Part shown: positions 17,719 through 24,507 of the stretch, in pieces
How positions within the stretch are numbered: the stretch's first letter is position 1
Layout of the letters: every line of letters starts with the position of its first letter
Virus record (IMG/VR): IMGVR_UViG_3300036985_004314
Coordinates: 1 to 37,211 of that record
DNA length: 37,211 bases
Strand: one strand, 5' to 3'
Source of the DNA: a virus
Taxonomy: Duplodnaviria; Caudoviricetes
Notes under the pieces: generated by a model
What the model was told of the DNA's origin: nothing
Databases searched by the model: none
Seen by the model: only the letters and a program-made list of their open reading frames with translations
Program-made: the position numbers and the translations under genes

Positions 17719-18087
17719 TCAGTAGCCGCTGGGTGCCGGCCAGCTACGCACCAGCTCCGCGCTGTGGCGGCGGGCCGCGTCACGCAACTGGTCCGCAAGC
17801 CGCTTAGCGGTGCGCAGGTAGCCCTTGTAGTCGAGCTGAAACGTGCCCGAGCAGATGGCGTAGTACATCTCGGCCGCCTCGCTATCGTCGAGCAGCGTGA
17901 TGGTGGCGGAGGTCTGCCGGCGCTTGCCGCGCATGATGATGTCGCAGGCGTGCGCATCGCTCCAGCGGCCCAGCACACTGATAGCGCCGGCGTTCATGTC
18001 GTTTTGCTGGTCCTCGTAGCTGCCGTACTCCGAGCAGTACAGCTCGGTAGCGGCGGCGTTGGACAAGCGGATGGTGATGGTGTTCAT
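17719..18087 (-). CDS. Hypothetical early protein (MNTITIRL...)
   Basis: CGAACGGAGACCACC-ATG start context. Confidence 0.65.
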   Translation of the reverse strand: MNTITIRLSNAAATELYCSEYGSYEDQQNDMNAGAISVLGRWSDAHACDIIMRGKRRQTSATITLLDDSEAAEMYYAICSGTFQLDYKGYLRTAKRLADQLRDAARRHSAELVRSWPAPSGY

Positions 18088-18109
18088 GGTGGTCTCCGTT
18101 CGAGTTAGC

Positions 18110-18364
18110 TCAGGCCTTGGAAGCGGCACTGAGGTCAAGGTAGATGTCGTAGAGTCGGTCGCGTTCGGCACGGGCGTCGGCTTCTGCGTCGGCGTAAGCG
18201 TCACCAACGCCGCGAGCAGCAGCGTAAGCATCATCGTTGGCAGCGTAATAAATTGAGTCGGCGAAGGCGTAAGCGGCCTTAGCGGCGGCGCGGTTAGCGT
18301 GGTAAATCGCGGTGGCCTTGCTTAGTGCAATCGAGGCGGCAAGGCGGGGGTCGGGCTGGTTCAT
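18110..18364 (-). CDS. Ala/Tyr/Asp-rich small early protein (MNQPDPRL...)
   Basis: CGAACGGAGACCAAC-ATG start context; promoter upstream. Confidence 0.6.
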   Translation of the reverse strand: MNQPDPRLAASIALSKATAIYHANRAAAKAAYAFADSIYYAANDDAYAAARGVGDAYADAEADARAERDRLYDIYLDLSAASKA

Positions 18365-18409
18365 GTTGGTCTCCGTTCGTGCCGGGTGCCAATCACCCGA
18401 CTGAAAGCA

Positions 18410-18458
18410 AGTGTACACGAGTGATTTGCAGTGTGCAATAGGGTGATGGAATTATTTT
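18410..18458 (-). promoter_or_regulatory. Sigma70-like promoter TTGCAC-17-TACACT with AT-rich UP-like tract (repeat copy A)
   Basis: -35 at 18433-18438, -10 at 18410-18415; 18409-18458 is 41/50 identical to 18705-18754. Confidence 0.75.
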
Positions 18459-18462
18459 GTGG

Positions 18463-18660
18463 TTATGCCTTGAGGGCGTACTTGCCCGTGCCGCCGCAGC
18501 CAAAGCAGACGTAAAGGCGACCCGTCTCTTCTTCCTCGCCGTGGTCGCCGTGTCCACCGCAAGACGGGCAGATGTTGGCGTGGGCGTAGTAGGCCTCGAC
18601 GGATTCAACGTGGAGGAGGTCGGTGTACTCGACCCAGTTCTCGATGTTGTTTTTTGCCAT
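18463..18660 (-). CDS. Small zinc-finger protein (DnaJ-type CxxCxG repeats)
   Basis: CPSCGGHG...CFGCGGTG; AACGGAG RBS. Confidence 0.7.
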   Translation of the reverse strand: MAKNNIENWVEYTDLLHVESVEAYYAHANICPSCGGHGDHGEEEETGRLYVCFGCGGTGKYALKA

Positions 18661-18705
18661 GTTCGTCGCTCCGTTTTCTGGCAGCACCGTGCTGCCTTGG
18701 AACGA

Positions 18706-18754
18706 AGAGTACAGGAGTGATTCAGAATGGTCAATAGGGTGATGCAATTATTTT
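18706..18754 (-). promoter_or_regulatory. Sigma70-like promoter TTGACC-17-TACTCT with AT-rich UP-like tract (repeat copy B)
   Basis: -35 at 18729-18734, -10 at 18706-18711. Confidence 0.78.
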
Positions 18755-18767
18755 TCTGATACGCGGT

Positions 18768-18796
18768 TTGCAAGCCCGGTGCAGTTTGGGCAACAT
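18768..18796 (+). promoter_or_regulatory. Rightward promoter TTGCAA-17-CAACAT, probably giving a leaderless transcript
   Basis: 17-nt spacer; ATG 18804 lies 7 nt after the -10 box; no SD present. Confidence 0.55.
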
Positions 18797-18803
18797 GCTG
18801 GGC

Positions 18804-19025
18804 ATGAGCATCAAACCTGCAATTTCACCGGCCCAGATTGTGGTCACCGCGTTCGGTGGCGTGCGAGCCGCGGCCCGCGTTCTGTGCGTGGACCCGTCCT
18901 GCGTTTCGCGCTGGCAGTCCAGCGGGCTGGTGCCTACCAGCCGGCAGCGCCGCATCCTAGAACTGGCGTGGCAGATGGGCATCGACATCACTGCCAACGA
19001 CCTCGTGTTCGGGCGCAACGCATGA
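18804..19025 (+). CDS. Cro/YdaS-like HTH transcriptional regulator
   Basis: FGGVRAAARVL.V..S.VSRW...G.VP pattern; first gene at the divergence point. Confidence 0.8.
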   Translation: MSIKPAISPAQIVVTAFGGVRAAARVLCVDPSCVSRWQSSGLVPTSRQRRILELAWQMGIDITANDLVFGRNA

Positions 19026-19384
19026 ACGACGAGCCCGTGCCGTGGCCACCGAGCCTCAACCACTACTGGCGTCACGTCACCAGTGGGCCGCTTAAAGGTC
19101 GCACGCTTATCAGCGTTGAAGGCAAGAGCTACCGCCGGCAAATCATGGCCATGGCATTGCAGTACCGCTGGCAGCGGTTTGAAGGCGTGCGGCTGGTGGT
19201 AACCATGAAGTGCTCTGCACCAGACAATCGCCGGCGCGACCTCGACAACATGCCCAAGTCCTTGCTGGACGCGCTGGTTCACGCCAAGGTTCTCGAAGAC
19301 GATTCCATCATTGACGAGCTGCATATCATCCGGCTGCCAAGCAGGGCGCTGGGTGCTGTTTTTTTGACCATCACAACGAGGTGA
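19022..19384 (+). CDS. rusA: RusA-family Holliday junction resolvase
   Basis: PWPPSLNHYWR, PDNRRRDLDNMPK.LLDAL, DDS.ID motifs; ATGA overlap with the Cro-like gene. Confidence 0.92.
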   Translation: MNDEPVPWPPSLNHYWRHVTSGPLKGRTLISVEGKSYRRQIMAMALQYRWQRFEGVRLVVTMKCSAPDNRRRDLDNMPKSLLDALVHAKVLEDDSIIDELHIIRLPSRALGAVFLTITTR

Positions 19385-19387
19385 CAC

Positions 19388-19651
19388 ATGGGATACGACA
19401 ACACCAACAGCGGCCTGCTGGCCCGCAACGAGCGCAAGCAAAGCGACACGCACCCCGATTTCACGGGCACCATCAACGTGGACGGCGTGGACTACTGGCT
19501 TTCTGCTTGGGTGAAGGAAGGCAAGGACGGCGGCAAGTTGGCCGGCAAGAAGTTCTTCAGCTTGTCGGTGAAAGCAAAGGAAGGCCAGCAGCCGAAGGCT
19601 AAGCCCGAGCCCGAGCAGCAGGTAGCGTTCGACGATGAAATCCCGTTCTGA
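19388..19651 (+). CDS. Small SSB-like protein
   Basis: HPDFTG.I.V.G..YWLSAW...FFSLSV beta-rich core and acidic DDEIPF tail; GAGGTG RBS. Confidence 0.7.
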   Translation: MGYDNTNSGLLARNERKQSDTHPDFTGTINVDGVDYWLSAWVKEGKDGGKLAGKKFFSLSVKAKEGQQPKAKPEPEQQVAFDDEIPF

Positions 19652-19653
19652 TG

Positions 19654-19682
19654 TTGCATTGCTAGCAACACTCGCGTAGCAT
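19654..19682 (+). promoter_or_regulatory. Sigma70-like promoter TTGCAT-17-TAGCAT containing the palindrome TTGCTAGCAA
   Basis: -35 at 19654-19659, -10 at 19677-19682; predicted start near 19689. Confidence 0.7.
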
Positions 19683-19688
19683 TGCTTT

Positions 19689-19740
19689 GCGTGGCTAGGG
19701 TAGCTCCCGAAAAGCGGTTTTCCGTTCCCGCCTGCCACGC
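19689..19740 (+). ncRNA. Candidate structured small/leader RNA (three-way junction, c4/CI-antisense-like architecture)
   Basis: Outer stem GCGTGGC/GCCACGC; inner hairpins GGG-TAGCT-CCC and GCGG-TTTTCCGTTC-CCGC; 5' end coincides with the predicted transcription start. Confidence 0.6.
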
Positions 19741-19772
19741 GCTTTCTGAACGGCTGCACTAGGACGGACTGC

Positions 19773-20429
19773 ATGAAAATTACCCCGAAGAACTGGGCCC
19801 GGTTCCAGCACTACAACGCCCGCCGGCCGCCGTGGATTAAGCTCCACCGCGGGCTGCTGGATGACTACGCTTTTCACACGTTGCCCCTTGCTAGCAAAGC
19901 GCTAGCACCACTGCTCTGGCTGCTAGCCAGTGAGCAGCAGGACGGTATCATTGAGGCTGAGCCGGCTGCTCTGGCCTTCCGCCTGCGCATCAGCGAGAAG
20001 GACCTCACTGCTGGACTCAAGCCCTTGATTGATAACGGGTTTTTTGAGTCTGCTAGCACGATGCTAGCAAGCTGCACGCAAAATGGGGTCTCAGAGACAG
20101 AGACAGAGACAGAGGGAGAGACAGAGAAAGACATTGGAGGTGCACGCAAGCGTGCCCAACAAATGCCCAAGGGCTGGACCCCGAACGCTCAGCATGCGCA
20201 GCTTGCAGCCACGCTCGGCGTGAACCTCGAGCAGCAGGTCGCCCAGTTCACTGACCACCACACGGCCAAGGGCAGCAAGTTCCTCGACTGGGACGCCGCA
20301 CTGCGCACGTGGCTGCGCAACTCCCAGCGCTTCAGCGCCGGCAAGCAGCGCAACCCGGCACTGGCCCCGAACCGCAGCTTTGCGAACGTCAACTACCGCA
20401 CTGGGGGAAACGACAATGACGCCATCTAA
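19773..20429 (+). CDS. Phage replication initiator protein (lambda O-like role)
   Basis: NW..FQHY...PPWIKLHR N-terminus, ETETETE linker, F.DHH..KG....DW.AA.RTW.RN C-domain; upstream of the DnaC-like gene; internal iterons. Confidence 0.8.
   Translation: MKITPKNWARFQHYNARRPPWIKLHRGLLDDYAFHTLPLASKALAPLLWLLASEQQDGIIEAEPAALAFRLRISEKDLTAGLKPLIDNGFFESASTMLASCTQNGVSETETETEGETEKDIGGARKRAQQMPKGWTPNAQHAQLAATLGVNLEQQVAQFTDHHTAKGSKFLDWDAALRTWLRNSQRFSAGKQRNPALAPNRSFANVNYRTGGNDNDAI
19888..20130. repeat. Putative replication origin: GCTAGC(A) iterons plus a GAGACA purine-rich tandem tract
   Basis: Copies at 19888-19897, 19901-19907, 19921-19927, 20051-20058, 20062-20069; (GAGACA)n at about 20094-20130. 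Confidence 0.6.
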
Positions 20430-21183
20430 CACCGGCACCAGCCTGCAGGTAACCGAGGCCAACTGCCCTATGCACGGCGACTACACTCGCCGCGTGGTCA
20501 TGGTTCTGAACAAGGCAGTGGCCATTGCCGGCTGCCCTGCCTGCCAGTGGGAGCGCAAGGCCGCCCAGCAGGCCCGTGACGAGGCCGAGAGCGAGGGCCG
20601 GCGCGAGGCTGCTGCCCGCGTGGCCGCCAGCCGCTCGGCTATCCCTGAGCGCTTCAGCGAGGCAACCCTTGCCGGCTACGCCGTTACGGTGCCCGAGCAA
20701 CAGACCGCGGTGGACCGCTGCCGCTGGTATCTGGACACGTGGGCGGAGCGCAAGAGGCTTGGCACCAGCATGCTGTTCATTGGCCGCCCCGGCACCGGCA
20801 AGAGTCATCTGGCCTGCGCTATCGCCCGCAACGTGACGCGCCGCGGTGACTCAGCGCTTTACACCACGGTGTCGAGCTTCACCCGTGCCGTGCGCGAGAC
20901 CTACAACGGCGGCAAGAAGACCGAGACGCAGGTGCTGGACAGCTACGCATCGCCCTCGCTGCTGGTGCTCGACGAGATTGGCGCAACCTCGGGTTCGGAC
21001 CACGAGCGCCAGATGCTGTTCGAGCTGGTGAACCAGCGTTACGAGGCCCGCCGGCCGACCCTGCTGGTGTCCAACCTGAACGCCGAGGAAGTCCGCGTGT
21101 TTCTGGGCGAGCGCATCATGGACCGCTTGCGCGACGGCGGCGGCAAGATGCTGCGCATGGACTGGGAGAGCTTTCGCAAATGA
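20416..21183 (+). CDS. DnaC/IstB-like AAA+ helicase loader
   Basis: CPMH...CPAC Zn site, IPERF, Walker A GRPGTGKS, Walker B LLVLDEIG, SNL, RIMDRL. Confidence 0.92.
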   Translation: MTPSNTGTSLQVTEANCPMHGDYTRRVVMVLNKAVAIAGCPACQWERKAAQQARDEAESEGRREAAARVAASRSAIPERFSEATLAGYAVTVPEQQTAVDRCRWYLDTWAERKRLGTSMLFIGRPGTGKSHLACAIARNVTRRGDSALYTTVSSFTRAVRETYNGGKKTETQVLDSYASPSLLVLDEIGATSGSDHERQMLFELVNQRYEARRPTLLVSNLNAEEVRVFLGERIMDRLRDGGGKMLRMDWESFRK

Positions 21184-21374
21184 ACCGCGATGACATCATC
21201 CGCATGGCGCAGGAGGCAGGCTTTGAGCTTGACTGTTGTTCGCTGGAGTGGCACGACAGGATTCAGCGCTTCGCCGCGCTGGTCGCTGCCCATGAGCGCG
21301 AGGCGTGTGCAATTATCGTTTCTCCCTGCTGCGAAGACTGTGAAAAAGAAATTCGCGCAAGAGGTCAGGCGTGA
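21180..21374 (+). CDS. Small hypothetical protein (MNRDDIIRMAQEAG...EREACA type)
   Basis: ATGA overlap; pattern common in proteobacterial phages. Confidence 0.7.
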   Translation: MNRDDIIRMAQEAGFELDCCSLEWHDRIQRFAALVAAHEREACAIIVSPCCEDCEKEIRARGQA

Positions 21375-21559
21375 AACAGCCCCGTCCCGAATACCGTGAA
21401 GAGCTAGTGCGACGTGCGGCGGAGGCCGCCGTTGCCATGCTGAGCACGGTTGAAATATGGCAGCGCGTGCCTACTGTGCCCACGCTCGAACTGCTGATGA
21501 AGGCTTGGCTCGCCGGTCACAAAGACGCAACTGACAACAGGCCGGAGACGCAGCGGTGA
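21371..21559 (+). CDS. Hypothetical protein
   Basis: GTGA overlaps at both ends; GAGGT RBS. Confidence 0.55.
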   Translation: MKQPRPEYREELVRRAAEAAVAMLSTVEIWQRVPTVPTLELLMKAWLAGHKDATDNRPETQR

Positions 21560-21834
21560 AGAAGGCCTGCATCACTTGCCTTGAGGTCAAGGAAACCACC
21601 GAGTTCAACTGGAACGGCTACAACGGCCGGCGCACCAACTGCAAGGCGTGCCAAGCCAAGTACCGGTCTGGCTTCGTGGCCAAGCCCAAACCAGAAAAGC
21701 GCAAGTGGCAACTGGCTATCGAGGCCGCGTACCCGGTGTTCCCAACGCACGGCACCCGGTGCTGGTGCTGTCGCATGCGGACCGGCAAGAAGGCCGAGGT
21801 GGCCCTGTGCTACGTCTGCATGGGCATTGCATGA
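21556..21834 (+). CDS. Cys-rich zinc-binding protein
   Basis: Four CxxC pairs (CITC, CKAC, CWCC, CYVC); GGAG RBS. Confidence 0.65.
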   Translation: MKKACITCLEVKETTEFNWNGYNGRRTNCKACQAKYRSGFVAKPKPEKRKWQLAIEAAYPVFPTHGTRCWCCRMRTGKKAEVALCYVCMGIA

Positions 21835-22208
21835 CTAAACTGATGCGAAACGCGCACGCTACCCACATCGATTACGGTGAGTTTGTTGGGCTAATTCCAG
21901 ATAACCCAAATTTTTGCCCGAGTAACATTGATGGCATAGCAGAACGAAACGGCCATGTGCTGCTAATGGAATGGAAACGTAAAGGCGAAAAAGTTAGCGA
22001 TGGGCAAAAGCGTCTTTTGCGGGGGATGGCTGACATGCCAAAGGTTCAGGTAGTCATCATTCGGGGCGACACAGACCATGGCTTGAACATAAATACTTTT
22101 TGGACAGTTCCTCCAAAAGGCTCATGTGTTCGCGCCGGCAACGGTGTTAACGATTTTTTTAATTTTTACCGTCGTTGGTATGATTACGCAAACAGGATGA
22201 TTGACTGA
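21831..22208 (+). CDS. Putative PD-(D/E)XK-fold nuclease-like protein
   Basis: SNIDG...LLMEWK...SDGQ motif; ATGA overlap; visibly AT-richer than its neighbours. Confidence 0.6.
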   Translation: MTKLMRNAHATHIDYGEFVGLIPDNPNFCPSNIDGIAERNGHVLLMEWKRKGEKVSDGQKRLLRGMADMPKVQVVIIRGDTDHGLNINTFWTVPPKGSCVRAGNGVNDFFNFYRRWYDYANRMID

Positions 22209-22209
22209 C

Positions 22210-22428
22210 ATGACAGACACCAGCGAATACTACCGGCACCAATGCGAGGTGCGTTACGTTCTGGGCCTGCGAGCAAGCAGGGGACGTGGCGTCGCGCTAG
22301 ACTACGTGGACTCCATCGAAAAAACGCGCAGCCTGTTAGCTCGACAACGACTCGAAGCTGACGTGCGTACTCAGTGGGACCGCGGTAACCGTGGCACCAC
22401 GTGGATTGATGACGTGCAACTGGACTGA
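22210..22428 (+). CDS. Hypothetical protein
   Basis: RHQCEVRY...QW.RGNRG pattern; tiles the operon before terS. Confidence 0.6.
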   Translation: MTDTSEYYRHQCEVRYVLGLRASRGRGVALDYVDSIEKTRSLLARQRLEADVRTQWDRGNRGTTWIDDVQLD

Positions 22429-22435
22429 GGGCAAC

Positions 22436-22846
22436 ATGACTGCCATAGCTAAGCGCGGTGCCGGAAGGCCCAGCATCTACAGCAAAGACCTTGCCGGCGA
22501 GATTCTCAGCATGTACGCCGCAGGCCTTTCCGTCAGCGAGATATGTCGCGAGGAGGGAATGCCTGACCGTGTGACTCTGTGGCGCTGGAGGAATGAAAAC
22601 GAGGAATTTGCAACGGCTTTCGCACGTGCGCGAGAAGCGAACGCGGAGAGCATCGAAGACGAAATGCTGAAAATCGAGTGCCAAGTTCTGCTCGGGCAGC
22701 TCGAGCCGCAGGCTGCTAGCGTCGTGCTATCAAGCCAGCGCTGGCGTGCTCGCGTCCTGCACCCTGCTCGCTTTGGCGACAAGGTGGCGCTGGACCACTC
22801 GGGCTCGGTTGGCCTGAACATCAACATCGACCTTGGCATCAAGTGA
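22436..22846 (+). CDS. terS: Terminase small subunit
   Basis: GRPSIYS...EI......G.S..EIC...GMP...T..RW HTH and P.RFGDKV tail; directly before terL. Confidence 0.88.
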   Translation: MTAIAKRGAGRPSIYSKDLAGEILSMYAAGLSVSEICREEGMPDRVTLWRWRNENEEFATAFARAREANAESIEDEMLKIECQVLLGQLEPQAASVVLSSQRWRARVLHPARFGDKVALDHSGSVGLNINIDLGIK

Positions 22847-24297
22847 CAAGCCGCAACGTCAGCTACGCCCCGCCCGGTCCGCAGTCGCGGGCCTTCATGT
22901 TGGACGATGCGTCGTTCTTCCGCGGCATCATGGGCCCGTTCGGCTCGGGCAAGAGCACGTGCTGCATCATGGACATCCTGCGCCGGGCTCAGACCCAACG
23001 GCCGGGGCCTGACGGCAAGCGCAGAAGCCGCTGGGCCATCACCCGCAACACCTTCCCTGAGCTGCGCACCACGACCATCAAGAGCTGGCACCAGTGGGTG
23101 CCGCAGACCATTGGCCGCTGGGTGGACACCGGCCCGCCCACGCACCATATCCGCGAGGGCGACATCGACCTCGAGGTGATGTTCCTCGCGCTGGACCGGC
23201 CAGATGACGTGTCTAAGCTGCTCAGCCTCGAGCTGACGGGCGCTTGGATGAACGAGGCACGGGAGCAGCCCAAGGCCGTGCTAGACGGCCTGACGGGCCG
23301 CGTAGGCCGTTACCCGAGCGCTGCGCTGGGTGGCTGCACATGGTCCGGCATCATTGCCGACACCAACCCGCCAGACGAGGACCACTGGTGGTACAAGAAC
23401 GCCGAAGAGGTGAAGCCCGAGGGCTGGCGCTTCTACCGGCAGCCCGGTGGCCTAGACGAGCGAGCCGAGAACCTCGACTGGCTGAACCAGAACCCCGAGA
23501 CGCTGGTCCTGCCCTACGGTGACCCGGTGCGCCGGCGTGCCGGCCGCGGCTACTACGAGCGGCAGGTTGCCGGCAAGGACCCTGACTGGGTCCGAGTGTA
23601 CGTAAACGCCGAGTACGGGTTCGTGCGTGACGGCAAGCCCGTGTACCCAGAGTTCCGCGACAGCGTCCACGTGGCTGAGTTTGGCCTGATGCCGGGCATG
23701 CCAATGTACGTGGGCATAGACTTCGGGCTGACGCCGGCAGCCACGTTCGCCCAGCGCACGGCCATGGGCCAGTGGCGCGTTCACTCCGAGCTAGTGACCG
23801 AGGACATGGGCGCGGTCCGCTTTGGCGAGCTGCTCCGTCAGGCTATGCACGAGCGCTACCCCGGCATGCAGTTCGCGGCCATCACGGGCGACCCGGCCGG
23901 CGAGGGGCGAGCCCAGACCGACGAGACCACGCCATTTCAAATCCTGCAGGCCGCAGGCGTCGATGCCCGCCCTGCCCCTACCAATGACTTCACCAAGCGC
24001 CGCGAGTCCGTAGCGGCCTGCCTGAGCCGTTTGGTGGATGGTCAGCCGGGGCTCGTGGTGCACCCGCAGTGCCGCACTTTGCGTAAAGCCATGGCTGGGG
24101 GCTACAATTTCAAGCGCGTTCAAGTAACAGGCGAGGAACGATACCGAGACGTACCCGACAAGGGCCAGTATTCTCACGTTGCCGAGTCCCTGCAGTACAT
24201 GCTGGTAGGGGCCGGTGAAGCGCGAACACTGGTACGCCGGGAACGCAGTACGTTCCGACAGGCCAGCGCTACCGCTGATTACTCCATCTTTGGGTGA
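22843..24297 (+). CDS. terL: Terminase large subunit
   Basis: Walker A GPFGSGKST, Walker B GAWMNE, motif III DTNPP, nuclease GIDFG and SHVAESLQY. Confidence 0.95.
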   Translation: MTSRNVSYAPPGPQSRAFMLDDASFFRGIMGPFGSGKSTCCIMDILRRAQTQRPGPDGKRRSRWAITRNTFPELRTTTIKSWHQWVPQTIGRWVDTGPPTHHIREGDIDLEVMFLALDRPDDVSKLLSLELTGAWMNEAREQPKAVLDGLTGRVGRYPSAALGGCTWSGIIADTNPPDEDHWWYKNAEEVKPEGWRFYRQPGGLDERAENLDWLNQNPETLVLPYGDPVRRRAGRGYYERQVAGKDPDWVRVYVNAEYGFVRDGKPVYPEFRDSVHVAEFGLMPGMPMYVGIDFGLTPAATFAQRTAMGQWRVHSELVTEDMGAVRFGELLRQAMHERYPGMQFAAITGDPAGEGRAQTDETTPFQILQAAGVDARPAPTNDFTKRRESVAACLSRLVDGQPGLVVHPQCRTLRKAMAGGYNFKRVQVTGEERYRDVPDKGQYSHVAESLQYMLVGAGEARTLVRRERSTFRQASATADYSIFG

Positions 24298-24300
24298 CCT

Positions 24301-24504
24301 ATGTCTGCAATGTTCTCGAAGCCGCCGAAGCCGCCACCGCCGCCAGCCCCTGCGCCGGCACCAACCATCGACACTGCTCGCCAGATGCAGATGAGCCGAG
24401 ACGTGCTGGCAGGCCGCAAGGGCCGCGCTGCCACCATCCTGACGGGCCAGCAAGGCGACCTCGTTCCGCCAACGACTGGCACCAAGACGCTGCTAGGAGG
24501 CTGA
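24301..24504 (+). CDS. Small Pro-rich virion protein preceding the portal
   Basis: KPPKPPPPP...GRAATILTG...KTLLG pattern at the position typical for podoviruses. Confidence 0.7.
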   Translation: MSAMFSKPPKPPPPPAPAPAPTIDTARQMQMSRDVLAGRKGRAATILTGQQGDLVPPTTGTKTLLGG

Positions 24505-24507
24505 CAC

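Noticed and set aside
18110-18364. Ala-rich ORF as a DNA tandem repeat element
   Set aside because: The low complexity is at the protein level; no exact nucleotide periodicity was seen
17631-18760. CRISPR-like or mini-array reading of the TCTCCGTTCG repeats
   Set aside because: The repeats are short, irregularly spaced by whole genes, and sit at RBS positions
19689-19740. tRNA or tRNA fragment
   Set aside because: Only two inner arms, too short, and no T-loop, D-loop or CCA signature
20094-20130. GAGACA microsatellite as a phase-variation tract
   Set aside because: The unit is 6 nt and in frame (ETETET linker), so slippage would not shift frame; better explained as part of the origin/linker
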